A stretch of 64,000 nucleotides of DNA from an uncultured Gemmatimonadales bacterium (GTDB lineage Bacteria; Gemmatimonadota; Gemmatimonadetes; Gemmatimonadales; GWC2-71-9). The notes below the pieces were generated by a model that had not been told where the DNA came from, made no database searches, and saw only the letters and a program-made list of their open reading frames with translations. A program made the translations under genes and the position numbers. Location: contig CAWCFX010000004.1 in the NCBI GenBank assembly GCA_963795085.1, forward strand, positions 640,001 to 704,000. The letters are read 5' to 3'. This document shows positions 38,135 to 48,600 of this stretch, one piece after another (position 1 is the stretch's first letter; the number at the start of each line of letters is the position of its first letter).

Positions 38135-39054
38135 GGCGCCGCTTCCACGTACGGCACCTCCACGCTCCATCCGTCCCGGGCAATCGCCGTGTTGGGAAAG
38201 ACCGCCCGGGCCTCCGCGAGCAGTTCGCCGGCGTCGAGGCTGTAGCGGGGACTGATGTGGGTGAGGATCAGCCGGCCCACGCCGGCATCCTTCGCCACCT
38301 CCGCCGCCTCCCGCGCCGTCGAATGGCCGGTCTCCCGCGCCCGCTCGACCTCCGACTCCGAAAACGTGGCCTCGTGCACCAGCAGGTCCGCCCCCCGGGC
38401 CGCGGCAGCCACGGCCGGATGGGGCCGGGTGTCCCCGGTGTAAACGACGGTGCGGCCCCGACGGGACGGGCCGACCAGGTCGGCGCTGGTGACTTTTCGT
38501 CCGTCCGGCAATTCGATCCTGTCGCCCCGGTGCAGCCGGCCCCAGAGCGGCCCCTCCGGGATTCCCATGGAGCGCGCCAGGTCGGGGTTGAAGCGGCCCA
38601 GCCGGTCATGCTCGGCCAGGGCGTACCCAACCGTGTCCGCCCGGTGCTCGGTCTCGAACACCCGGATCTCGTAGTCCTCCCGCTTCAGCACGTCTCCCGG
38701 TTTGATTTCATTGATGCTGACCGGAAACTTGTTCCGCTCGATCCCCACGCTCAGGGCCCCGCCGAGGATGCGCTGGGCGCCGCGGGGTCCGTAGAGAGCG
38801 AGCGGCTCCGACCGGTCCATCAGTCCCATCGTGCGCACCAGGCCGATCAGGCCGATGAAGTGATCGGAGTGATAGTGGCTGAAGAAAATCTCGCGAAAAG
38901 TAAAGCCCACGCTCCAGCGCATCATCTGGCGCTGGGTGCCCTCCCCGCAGTCGAAGAGCAGGGTCTCGCCCTCCCGGTGCAGGGCGAGACCCGAGGTGTT
39001 CCGGTCCACCGTGGGGCAGGCCGCCGAGGTGCCCAGGAAAGTCAGGGTAAGCAT
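38131..39054 (-). CDS. rnz: Ribonuclease Z
   Basis: LTFLGTS, FDCGEGTQRQ, HYHSDH, exosite GIPEGP, TGDT, HEATF, GHST, THISPRY. Confidence 0.95.
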   Translation of the reverse strand: MLTLTFLGTSAACPTVDRNTSGLALHREGETLLFDCGEGTQRQMMRWSVGFTFREIFFSHYHSDHFIGLIGLVRTMGLMDRSEPLALYGPRGAQRILGGALSVGIERNKFPVSINEIKPGDVLKREDYEIRVFETEHRADTVGYALAEHDRLGRFNPDLARSMGIPEGPLWGRLHRGDRIELPDGRKVTSADLVGPSRRGRTVVYTGDTRPHPAVAAAARGADLLVHEATFSESEVERARETGHSTAREAAEVAKDAGVGRLILTHISPRYSLDAGELLAEARAVFPNTAIARDGWSVEVPYVEAAP

Positions 39055-39108
39055 GGCCCCAAGATAAAGGCAAAACCTCGATTCCGCAGACATCGTAGGG
39101 CAAGGACC

Positions 39109-40380
39109 ATGAACTGGTCCCGGCTGGTCCCGATGGTGCTCTGCCTTTTCGCGTGCCGCGAGCTGGGAATTGTCGGCGGCACCCCGCGGGAGCGGTACGA
39201 GGAGTCGCTCAGCCGGTCCGGCCTTTCGGGCAGCGCACTGGGCACCCAGTGGCTGGCGGCCGGCCGCCGCGCGCTCGATGCCCCGGTTGCGGTGGAATTG
39301 CCGTTCCGGGAGACCGGGTACTTCCCCGCCGAGCGAGCCGGCGCCGCCGGGTTCGAGTTTACCGTGGAACGGGGCCAGCGGCTGATGATCCAGCTGGTCG
39401 CGGACCTGGCCCTGCCCGGGCAGCTGTTCCTGGACCTCTACAGCACGGTGGACCGGACCAGCGCGCCGAAGCACCTGATCAGTGCCGACAGCGGCGAAAC
39501 CGGGGTGGAGGTCGAGATCGAAACGTCCGGCACCTACCTGGTCCGTCTCCAGCCGGAACTGCTGGACCCGGCCCGCTATACCATCACCATCCGGTCGGCC
39601 CCATCGCTGGCCTTTCCCGTCGATGGCCGGGGCAACGAGGCGATCCGCAGCCGGTACGGGGTTGACCGCGACGGCGGACGCCGGCGGCACGAGGGCATCG
39701 ACATCTTCGCGCCGCGGGGGACTCCGGTCGTGGCGGCGGCGCGGGGGCGGGTCGTCAACGTGGGCGAGAACCGGCTGGGCGGGCAGGTCGTATGGCTCCA
39801 CGACCCGGAACGGAACCAGAATCTCTACTATGCCCATCTCGACCGGCAACTGGCGCTGGCTGGCCAGGAGGTGGAGCGCGGCGATACCCTGGGACTGGTG
39901 GGCAACACGGGAAACGCACGGTCCACTCCTCCCCACCTGCATTTCGGCATCTACCGCCGGGGCGAAGGGGCGATCGATCCCTATCCTTTCGTGTGGCGTC
40001 CGCCCACCGCGCTTCCCGCGCTGGAGGCCGATACGGCGCAGCTCGGCGGATGGATCCGGACCACCGCCAACCGCATACTCGTGGGGAGCGATACTCTACA
40101 GCGGGCAGCCGTAATGCGGGTGCTGGCCGCGGGCGGCCGCCGTTACCGTGTCGAACTTCCGGATGGCCGTTCGGGTTTCGTGGAGAGCCGTGTGGTACAA
40201 AGTGCGGAGACCCCGCTGGAACGGGTCTCCCCGGGCGATGGGCGGCTGCTGGAGCGGCCCACTCCCGGCGGTATCCTCATCGACTCGCTGGTTCCCGGTG
40301 CACGGGTCGGCTTGCTGGGGCGTTTTGGCGAGTACGACCTGGTGGAGACGGGCGGCAGGGTGGGGTGGGTGAAGAGATAA
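39109..40380 (+). CDS. M23 family peptidase lipoprotein with C-terminal SH3-like domains
   Basis: Lipobox LFAC, HEGID, YYAHL, HLHF. Confidence 0.88.
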   Translation: MNWSRLVPMVLCLFACRELGIVGGTPRERYEESLSRSGLSGSALGTQWLAAGRRALDAPVAVELPFRETGYFPAERAGAAGFEFTVERGQRLMIQLVADLALPGQLFLDLYSTVDRTSAPKHLISADSGETGVEVEIETSGTYLVRLQPELLDPARYTITIRSAPSLAFPVDGRGNEAIRSRYGVDRDGGRRRHEGIDIFAPRGTPVVAAARGRVVNVGENRLGGQVVWLHDPERNQNLYYAHLDRQLALAGQEVERGDTLGLVGNTGNARSTPPHLHFGIYRRGEGAIDPYPFVWRPPTALPALEADTAQLGGWIRTTANRILVGSDTLQRAAVMRVLAAGGRRYRVELPDGRSGFVESRVVQSAETPLERVSPGDGRLLERPTPGGILIDSLVPGARVGLLGRFGEYDLVETGGRVGWVKR

Positions 40381-40445
40381 AAAGGGGGCAAGGGGGCTAG
40401 GGGGCTAGGGGGCATACGGTCAAAGGGGCAGGGGAGGGGGGCATC
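40381..40445. repeat. AGGGGGC(T/A) octamer tandem repeat
   Basis: agggggca-agggggct-agggggct-agggggca between convergent genes. Confidence 0.65.
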
Positions 40446-40448
40446 CGC

Positions 40449-41483
40449 TCACGGTGCTACTGCCGGATGCCGCCTGATGTATTCCTCCGTATCAAACTTT
40501 TTTCGCGCGGCCTTGAGCGACATGTACCGAACCAGGCCGTAGACTGGCCGGCCGTAGAAGGGCCGGTCGAACTTTCCGAAAATCCACATGATGCCGCTGT
40601 ACGCGTTGGGGCCCCGGCCATCGAGCGCGTACTTGTTGTTCAGGTGCTCGAGGATGGCGAAGGCCCGGGCCGGGGTTGCCGTCCACTGGAGAACGGATTT
40701 GCCCCAGAGCATGCGCATGTAATTGTGCATGTAGCCGTCCCGGAGGTAGGCGCGCTGGGCGGCATTCCAGAGTTCTTCGCCGGTGTTGGCGGATTCCAGT
40801 TGGCGGGCGGAGTATCGGGTGGTCCGCGGATCGCCGGCGTGTTCGTCCAGTTCTTTCTGGGCCCAGGCGGGCAGGGCGCCCAGCCCTCGGTGCCGGCGAT
40901 TGTGATAGGCGAAATTGAACGAGAGTTCCCGCCAGGTCAGCAGCTGGTCCTGGAAGCGGACGTAGTCCGGTTCCGGCGCCGCCTCTCGCACCGCCAGCAG
41001 GACCTCTTGGGGGCTGATGTTGCCGAAGTGCAGATACGGGCTGAGGCCGCTCGCGCTATCGCTGAGCGGATCGCCGTGGTTCTGGTCATAGCCGGCCAGC
41101 CCATGCTGGAGGAAATGACCCACTCGCTGTTGCGCGGCGGCCGGGCCCCCGCGGAAGCCGGGTGATGGCAGCACGGCATGGTCGATGGCGCAGGCGGCTG
41201 CCAGGGCCGGGATATTCCCGATCTGCTGGGAATCAAAGGGGACGTCGATGCGCCGGCGCACGCGGGGCAGTGTGGTGCCGGCCCGATGCAGGTGGTGCGG
41301 CAGCGCCTCCAGAAGCCGGGGCCGGATGGCCCGGGCGGTGGAGAACTCCCGGCCCAGCGATGCAACCGGGACGATGGTGGCGCTGTCCACCGCGACCACC
41401 GGGGCCCGAGCGCCTTTGCCGCGGGCGGGGCCTGCCTTCTCCAGGGCCTTGACCAGCCCCGCGGTCTGCCTGGGAACGATGGT
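40449..41483 (-). pseudogene. 5'-truncated class II-like deoxyribodipyrimidine photolyase
   Basis: SGLSPYLHFG, LWNAAQ, GYMHNYMRMLWGK, NNKYALDG. The frame is open to about 41570 but has no ATG, and the N-terminal domain is missing. Confidence 0.72.
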
Positions 41484-41527
41484 CCATGGTCTCCATACCC
41501 TGCTGGGGCCCTGGAGTGCCCGGAGTT

Positions 41528-41575
41528 TGTGATATAGATCAATGTAGGGGGCAGTCCGGTGTGCTATACATCACA
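41528..41575. promoter_or_regulatory. Two CRP/FNR-family boxes
   Basis: TGTGA-TATAGA-TCAAT (41528-41543) and TGTGC-TATACA-TCACA (41560-41575) in an AT-rich patch. Confidence 0.55.
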
Positions 41576-41616
41576 TTTCCGGACACCAATGTGAACCATG
41601 AGCGGGAGTGTGTGTT

Positions 41617-42060
41617 ATGCGTGGCAGATCATGGGCTTTCCTGGGCGGGGTAGGCGTGGGTGCGCTGGTGATGTATTTCATGGACCCGGAGGCTGGAAAC
41701 CGGCGCCGGTACCTGGCCCGGGACCGGATGGCCCGGACCGGCCGCAAAACGGGGAACCTGGTCGGTGGGCGGACGCGGGACCTCGCAAACCGGGCCCGGG
41801 GCATCGCGGCCCGGATCCGGGCTCGGGTGGAGACGGAAACGCCCTCGGACGACGTACTGGCCCAGCGGGTCCGGGCGGCGCTGGGCCGGGTGATCTCCCA
41901 CCCCCGGCTGATCAGCATCTCGGCCCGGGCCGGCGTGGTCACCCTGACCGGATCGGTGTCGGAAGAAGAATGTCAGGGTCTTACCGCGGCGGTTCGGCGG
42001 GTCCAGGGCGTTGCCGACGTGATCGACGAGACCAACGTGCGGCAGGCCGCAGCGCGATAG
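41617..42060 (+). CDS. BON domain protein
   Basis: GALVMYFMDP, DDVLAQRVRAAL, GVVTLTG, VQGVADV. Confidence 0.88.
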   Translation: MRGRSWAFLGGVGVGALVMYFMDPEAGNRRRYLARDRMARTGRKTGNLVGGRTRDLANRARGIAARIRARVETETPSDDVLAQRVRAALGRVISHPRLISISARAGVVTLTGSVSEEECQGLTAAVRRVQGVADVIDETNVRQAAAR

Positions 42061-42177
42061 CGTCCCCTGAGGGCCGGTAACGGGCGGCCACCAAATGAGT
42101 TGGTCGTCCCGGTCCGGGGGTGGGGATGGGCGATCGATAGACGGAAGCCAAGGCCCCGGCTGCAGTTAACCAACCCG

Positions 42178-42207
42178 TTGACTGACAGGTGGTTAACCTT
42201 GTACCTT
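42178..42207 (+). promoter_or_regulatory. Putative promoter of the tRNA pair
   Basis: TTGACT-18 nt-TACCTT just upstream of tRNA-Ala; overlapped by a GTTAACC/GGTTAAC inverted repeat (42165-42197). Confidence 0.4.
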
Positions 42208-42219
42208 TGCGCTCCGTCG

Positions 42220-42292
42220 GGGGCTGTAGCTCAGCTGGGAGAGCGCTGCTTTCGCATAGCAGAGGTCAGGGGTTCGATCCCCCTCAGCTCCA
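42220..42292 (+). tRNA. tRNA-Ala(CGC)
   Basis: GGGGCTG acceptor with G3-U70, TAGCTCAG D-arm, anticodon arm CTGCT-TTCGCAT-AGCAG, GGTTCGATCC; CCA not encoded. Confidence 0.95.
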
Positions 42293-42323
42293 TGTACGGG
42301 CGGCACCCGATGCTCCCGTCCGA

Positions 42324-42396
42324 TGCCCCTTGGTGTAACTGGCAACACGTCTGACTCTGGATCAGAAGAGTCCTGGTTCGAGCCCAGGAGGGGCAA
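42324..42396 (+). tRNA. tRNA-Gln(CTG)
   Basis: TGCCCCT/AGGGGCA acceptor, anticodon arm TCTGA-CTCTGGA-TCAGA, GGTTCGAGCC; CCA not encoded. Confidence 0.95.
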
Positions 42397-42397
42397 T

Positions 42398-42429
42398 GCC
42401 CGGTGCGAAAGTGCCGGGCTTTTGTTTTT
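42398..42429 (+). terminator. Intrinsic terminator after the tRNAs
   Basis: GCCCGGTGC-GAAA-GTGCCGGGC followed by TTTTGTTTTT. Confidence 0.85.
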
Positions 42430-42457
42430 CAGGGCGTGAGCCTTGGCGTCGAGTCCA

Positions 42458-42500
42458 GAAGAGAAAACGCGGCCCGGGATCCCCGGGCCGCGCTCTCTTC
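42458..42500 (-). terminator. Intrinsic terminator for the convergent lipoprotein gene
   Basis: 11-bp stem CGCGGCCCGGG/CCCGGGCCGCG; the minus strand continues TTTTCTCTTC. Confidence 0.65.
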
Positions 42501-42555
42501 TAGTCTTGAGTCCCCGCGGCTCCCTTGCAGGGGCCGCGGGGCGGAATTTCGCTCC

Positions 42556-43005
42556 TCAGGAGCTCGCCCGCGCGATGATATCATCCATCAGTCCGGTCAT
42601 GAAGGGCCCGCGAAGCACGCAGCTTTCGCCGCCATCGCGCTTGGCATCCAGCGCGAGCACGCTGCGCTCATTATCTCTCTTGACCCGAACGGTCAGGACC
42701 AGCCGCGAATCCGCATCCGGCAGGGCTACCGCACGGCAGTCCACCCGCTGGTCGGTGGGAACGTCCCCCCATTCCGCCCTGGGGTCGAGCGGGACGCTGA
42801 CGACCGTTCCGTTGGTCTGGTCGGTCTTGGCCACCGGGATCCTCCGATCGGCAAAGACCGAGGTGGCCGCTTCAACGACCCTGGAAGGAGTGGCGTCCAC
42901 GTTCCGTGTGAACGTCTGGGTATCGGGCGTCGTCGAGGGACCTTTGGTGCCACACGCTGCCACGAGCAGGACTGCCATTCCAATACCAATTGACCGCATA
43001 ACCAT
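42556..43005 (-). CDS. Hypothetical lipoprotein
   Basis: GGAGG RBS, lipobox VAAC, two further Cys. Confidence 0.75.
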   Translation of the reverse strand: MVMRSIGIGMAVLLVAACGTKGPSTTPDTQTFTRNVDATPSRVVEAATSVFADRRIPVAKTDQTNGTVVSVPLDPRAEWGDVPTDQRVDCRAVALPDADSRLVLTVRVKRDNERSVLALDAKRDGGESCVLRGPFMTGLMDDIIARASS

Positions 43006-43313
43006 ACATCCTCCACTGGGACAGCCCGGACGTGGGCAGGCGTTTGGACCGTTTCTCCGCGCGCAGAATGTGGGGGAGATGGTTCCAAACGAACCTAGCC
43101 AGTAGGTAGGCTCGGTGCGGTGACGGTTGGCCCCCGGGTCGCGGTGGGCAAAGGCCTCAGACCTCGGCAAAAGGCCTAAAGCCGGTGCTGCCATGGGATT
43201 CCGTTCCCTCGGTCAAGTGGCCGGCCGATCGGTTTCCTGGGTATAGCGTCCCTTTCCTGGGCGCCAAGGCCGGATATGGACACTCCGCGGGAACCCGAAG
43301 ATGACTCCGGGCC

Positions 43314-44375
43314 TTAGTGCATGCAGGCGAGCATCCCGTCTGTCATCCTTTGCGCCCAGCTTACCCCGTCCACCTCCCCGCTGGAGGAGAGGACGACGAT
43401 CACCTGGTCCCCGGATATCCTCAGCTGCCCGTTGTGACCCAGCGGGTTCTCGTTTCCTCCATGCCAGTAGTAGTCGAGTTGGCCGTCGCGAAACTTGAGG
43501 GCCCATCCATAACCGTAGGATTGGCTGTTGGGGCCGAGTGCCGGATTCTTGGATGCCAGCATCAGGGCGACCGTGGCGGGCGAGACCAGACGGCCCGATG
43601 TGAAGGCAGCAGCGAAGCGATACAGGTCCGCCGGGGTCGCGTAGATGCCGGTGGGTCCCCGATACCCATAGTTGCCGATGCTGTGGCCATCTTGCCAGAC
43701 CCGGGGTGAGCGGGGAGGCCTCAGGGGCAGGACGACCGGAGACGGCAGGGGCTCCTCGCCCCAGAACCCCGCGGTGCTCATCCCGGCCGGCGCGAAAACC
43801 TCCCGCCGCACGAAGTCCTCAAACCGGTCCCCCGTCACCCGCTCGATCAGCATCGCCAGCAGGCTGTAGCCATCATTGGAATAGAAGAATTCTCCCATCG
43901 GCTTGACCGGCGCCAGTCGAAAGATTGCCCGCGCGGCGGAATCCCGGTTGGAGACACCGTCCGCTGCGTACTCGCTGGGGAGTCCGGACCGGTGGCTCAG
44001 CAGGTGATGGACCGTGACGCGATCGTAGGAAAGACTGGCCGCGGGAAACCAGGTGGACAGCGGTGCTTCCAGCGAGACTTCTCCCTGCTCCACCAGGCGC
44101 ATCACGGCCACCGCGGTAATCGCCTTGGATATGGAGGCGATCCAGTACGCCGGTCGACTCCCGTCGGCCCGCTTCTCCCCAAAGTCCTCGTCCAGCAGGA
44201 CGCTGGCGCCCTCGACAATCAGGACCGATCCCAGAAAGCCGTTAGACTCCTCATGCCGCCCGTGCGCCACCAGGCGACTGCCCGGCGAGCCGCCCGACGG
44301 CGCCAGGCAGCCATCACTGACATTCGATCCACAGCCTGTCAGAACAAGGCATGCCGCGACCACGTGTTTCAGCAT
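43314..44375 (-). CDS. Serine hydrolase lipoprotein (class C beta-lactamase/AmpC-like family)
   Basis: Lipobox LTGC, SISK, LLSHRSG, YSN, HGG. Confidence 0.88.
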   Translation of the reverse strand: MLKHVVAACLVLTGCGSNVSDGCLAPSGGSPGSRLVAHGRHEESNGFLGSVLIVEGASVLLDEDFGEKRADGSRPAYWIASISKAITAVAVMRLVEQGEVSLEAPLSTWFPAASLSYDRVTVHHLLSHRSGLPSEYAADGVSNRDSAARAIFRLAPVKPMGEFFYSNDGYSLLAMLIERVTGDRFEDFVRREVFAPAGMSTAGFWGEEPLPSPVVLPLRPPRSPRVWQDGHSIGNYGYRGPTGIYATPADLYRFAAAFTSGRLVSPATVALMLASKNPALGPNSQSYGYGWALKFRDGQLDYYWHGGNENPLGHNGQLRISGDQVIVVLSSSGEVDGVSWAQRMTDGMLACMH

Positions 44376-44558
44376 GTTGCGTCTCTGGTGAAATGGCCGT
44401 AACTGGTGCGCCTCAATTGCGAACCCAGCCATGGGTATCGGTTCGCCCTGCTTGGACAATTGAGTAAGAGGGACGGAGCCGAGGGCATGGACCGTTCCGA
44501 CCCATGAAGGGCCGGGGCCTGGGCTTCTTCCGGACGGATTCCTGGGCCCGCTTCCCGC

Positions 44559-45368
44559 TTACCCCGACCGCTGGCTTCCCAGCCGTCCCTCGACCTCTCG
44601 CCGATAGCTCCGGCTCATCCGCAACTTGGTGCCGTCCCGGAGGAGGACGATGCCGTCGCCGGAGAACCAGGGCTGGATCTCCCGGATTCTTTCCAGGTTG
44701 ACGACGCTGGACCGGTGGATCCGCGCAAAGGTGGCAGGGTCGAGGTCCCGCGCGAGGCGGGACAGTGTCTGCCGGTACGGGAATGCCTGGGGGCCGACGT
44801 GAAGCTTCACATAGTTCGCCGCACTCTCGATCCAGTCGATCTCATGAATAGGAAGGACCACGGTCCGCCCCTCGGTCTTGACGAGCAGCCGTTCCAGCCG
44901 GGACGGTCGTGCGCGGGGCAGCATATCCCGAAGCGCCACCTGTTCGGACCGAAGCTCATCCATGACATGGAGAATCCGGTCCAGGCCCGCCTGCCGGGCG
45001 GCCAGCGCCACCTTGGCCCGGCGTAACGCGGCTGCCATCCGCTCCCTCGAAACCGGCTTCAACAGGTAATCCACCGCCTGGGCTTCGAACGCCCTCACGG
45101 CATGGTCCTCCAATGCGCTCACGATTACCACCGCCGGCGCCGGATCGGGCTGACCATCTCGAACCAGGTCCAGGGGATCGACCCCCGGAAACTGGATATC
45201 AAGGAAAAGGATATCCGGTCGTGCGCTCCGTACCAACGCCATGGCATCCGTACCATTGGTCCAGTGATCGACCACCTCGACCTCGGGATACTCCTTCAGC
45301 AGCGTGCGGATCCACAGGGCCGAGGCGGGTTCAGCGTCAATGATGGCCACGCGCCACGCAGGGATCAT
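44559..45368 (-). CDS. LytTR family response regulator
   Basis: FLDIQ, AVDYLLKP, FARIHRS, SRSYR. Confidence 0.92.
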   Translation of the reverse strand: MIPAWRVAIIDAEPASALWIRTLLKEYPEVEVVDHWTNGTDAMALVRSARPDILFLDIQFPGVDPLDLVRDGQPDPAPAVVIVSALEDHAVRAFEAQAVDYLLKPVSRERMAAALRRAKVALAARQAGLDRILHVMDELRSEQVALRDMLPRARPSRLERLLVKTEGRTVVLPIHEIDWIESAANYVKLHVGPQAFPYRQTLSRLARDLDPATFARIHRSSVVNLERIREIQPWFSGDGIVLLRDGTKLRMSRSYRREVEGRLGSQRSG

Positions 45369-45495
45369 CGGAAACAGACCTATGGTATGAGACTCGACTG
45401 ATGTCCCCTAGGACGAGTGAGACGATGAATCATGGACGGGTCAGTCGTTTCAGCATACGACGGCTGAAAGTCCGCCTCACGGCTCCCTCCGCACA

Positions 45496-45525
45496 CCATT
45501 CGTCATCCGGCTGATGCCCTTCGTC
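45496..45525 (+). promoter_or_regulatory. Candidate LytTR direct-repeat site
   Basis: CCATTCGTC-N12-CCCTTCGTC. Confidence 0.5.
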
Positions 45526-45609
45526 CCCGCGCGGTGGTGCCGAGGCCTGCTGGTTCGTGTCCTAGCATTGCCGTCCTGCCGAATCACCGTCCGAACCACA
45601 GAGGATGCA

Positions 45610-48600
45610 ATGCACACACCGAATCGTTTGAAAGCCGTCGTCGTGATCCTGGTCGCGGCTCTCGCGACGCTGCCTGCTTCCGCCCACGCGGGCCCCGAAC
45701 CCGGCGCCCGGGGACGCGGCTTCCGGATATTCGCCCGGCCGCTGGGGGCCCTGACGATTAACCGGATCTACTGTGGGCTCGACTCGTCCGGCCAGGTCTG
45801 CGCCGACTCCCTGGGTTCGTCCACCATCGGTGGCGGGTACTGGCCCAAGGGCACCGCGAACCAATACGTGTTCAACTCGGGCCTTCAGCTCGCCGGCATC
45901 ATCGGTCCCGATGGGGGGCCCTGGGCCAGCGACACCACCGGCGCTTTCTTCTTCGACCCGAAGGGGACCACCCCTTCGAGTGAGCAGGTTCAGCCGATCT
46001 ACAATACCCAGAGCGCCAGCGACAATGCGTTCATTTGCGGGATCGGGAGCTTCGGGTGTAACAGCGGCACCACTGACCCGGTGGCGCTGGCGGCGCGGGT
46101 CCCGGCGGCGGACGCCAACGCCAATCTCTACAATCAACTCCTCCAGGGCCGGACCGCGGCGTCGCAGGGCGACGTCTGGTGGCTTTCCTGGGACGGCAAT
46201 CCCGGCCTGCTGGCCGGCCGGCCCCACCCGCTCGGCGTGGTCGTCGAGCAGCGCGGCCTGGGGTGGAACTTCCCCAGCGGCAACGAAGACATCATTTACT
46301 TCATCTACACGTTCTATAACGTCACCTCGATCAACCCGGCCGATTATGCCGCGGTGCGGCCCGGCATGCGGGAGATCCTGATCCAGCAGGCCAACACCTT
46401 TCAGCAGCGGAACGAAGCCACCTTCGGGATCTCGCTCCCGGACGGGGGATACACTATCACCAACATGTTCGCCAATTTCTCGGCTGACATGGACGTGGGT
46501 TCAGCGACCCAGAACTATGCCTCGGTGAACGTGCCGTTCGCGCTGGGCTATACCTACGAGAACACCTTCTCCCGGTTCGCGGGCTGGACCTTTGACCCGG
46601 CGATCTTCGGGGCCCCGTTCTTCGCGGGCACCGGTTTCGTGGGGGTGAAGTATCTCAAGAGCCCGGTAGTCAACGGCCAGGAAGTGGGCCTTTCGCTGTT
46701 CAGCAACACGACCAACGGCGGTGGTGACCTGAACGACCCGCGGGACGTCAAGCAGCTCTACCGCTACGTCTCCGGCACCCTGAGCCCGGCCTTCGGCGAC
46801 GGGGCCTGCAATTTCAATCCCCAGACAGACAAGATCTGCTTTATCCGCACCGCCTCGCCATTCGACATGCGGTTCTTTCAGTCCTCGGGCCCGCTGACGC
46901 TGGCGCCGGGCGAATTCGGCTCGGTGGTGGTGGCGTATCTCTTCGCTGCCCCGGTGGCCACCGGGGGGTCGGCGGCCTGCCCCACCTGCGACATCAAGCC
47001 AGGCAATGCGGCGATCACGGCAAATCTGGACGATCCCAATGTCGTGGCATCAGGCGTCAATCCCATTGATTCGATTACCGGGTTTCTCAGCGCCACTGAC
47101 GGGAATGGCGACGGGGTGCTGACGCAGGAGGAGTTCGTGGTGGTGCCGGGCTCGCTGCTGGGCAAGGCCAAGGTGGCGCAGGCGGTGTTCGACAACCAGT
47201 TCCTGCTGCCGTTCGCGCCCGATGCGCCCGAGTTCTTCCTGATCCCGGGCGACAACCAGGTCACCGTGATGTGGCGGCCCTCACCCTCGGAGCAGGGAGG
47301 CGATCCCTTCTATGCGATTGCCAGCCAGGCCACCGTACTGTGCGATCCGGATGATGTGATGAGCGGCCAGTGCCCCAACCCGCTCTATGACCCGAACTAC
47401 CGCGAGTTCGATGTGGAAGGCTACCGGGTGTACCGGGGCCGGGTGGACGCCCCCAATGCGCTGAGGCTCCTCGCCCAGTTTGACCAGATCGGCACCGTGA
47501 TCTCGGACTACGCCGGCCAGATCCAGCCCAGCGCGCTCTGCGCGCCCGAACTGGGAGTGACGACCAACTGTCCCATCGTCTATGATCCGATCGCGCCCGG
47601 TCTGCCCCGCTCGGCCCATGTGGACGTTCCGCTGGTGGGTGCCATCACCCAGGTGAAGCTGGGCGACCGGGCGCTGCTGGCCAACAATGAAGCCATTATC
47701 CTCTCCCAGGATATCACTCCCAACTCCATTGGGAGTGCGGGCAGCTGCGCGCCCTCCATCTGCCCGGCGCTGTCCGACACCGGGGTGCCGTTCGTGTACG
47801 TGGACAACACGGTGCGGAACAACTTCCGCTATTTCTATTCGGTGACGGCGTTTGACATCAACTCGTTCCAGTCCGGCCCCAGCAACCTGGAGTCGGCCCG
47901 GGTGACCAAGCCGGTGACCCCGGTGCGGCCAGCTGGAAATTACGCCAACGCGGGCACGCTGACCTCGGTGACCATCGAGGGCCGGGGGGTGACGCTGGAC
48001 CACAATGCGCCCCTGCCGACGATCGACGGAGCGACGGGCCAGTTCAGCGGGCCCTTCCCGGCCGCGTCGGACTGGACCATCGGGTTCGGGGATTTCGTAG
48101 CGGCCGTGCTGAGCCAGCCGGGCAGCTTCGCCGCGCACCTGGACAGCATCTCCCTGGGCAGCCCGTACGACGGCATTCCCCATCTCTACTGGTGGACGGC
48201 CACCTCGGGGAACAATTCGGCCTCCTTCTCCGTCGCAATCCTGCAGACCCAGGAAATCGGGGTGCGCAGCGGCGCAACATCGTTCTCGGCGGTCCCGGCG
48301 GATCCGGCGCTGGCCTCCCGGTATGGTGGTGGCGCCGGGTACACGATTCCCGGCCAGGTCGGGATGTCGCTCCCCGGTCCGGACTACATGACCATCTACG
48401 GCCGGGGCTGCGTCAACACCCGCCCGGGATTCGCGGCAGCCGGGGAATGCACCTATAACGGGTCGCGGTGGTTCGACGGCCCGTCGCCGGCCAACAACGA
48501 GACGGCGGTGGATCCGATCGCGGGGAACGGTCCCAATTTTACCGCGTTCGACATGTCAGGGAACTACAACAACGCCGGCGCGCTGACGGGGGTCACCACG

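Noticed and set aside
38131..40380. Long overlapping ORFs 38131..39942 and 38257..40380 as real overlapping genes
   Set aside because: True starts at 39054 (rnz) and 39109 (M23) give ordinary divergent genes.
43140..43200. GGCAAA...GCAAAA...GCCTAAA resembling a c-di-GMP-I riboswitch
   Set aside because: Lacks the GNRA-capped stem and has no downstream gene on that strand. An Infernal search would settle it.
43314..44375. Bona fide antibiotic-resistance beta-lactamase
   Set aside because: The motifs only place it in the broad serine hydrolase family (HGG rather than KTG).
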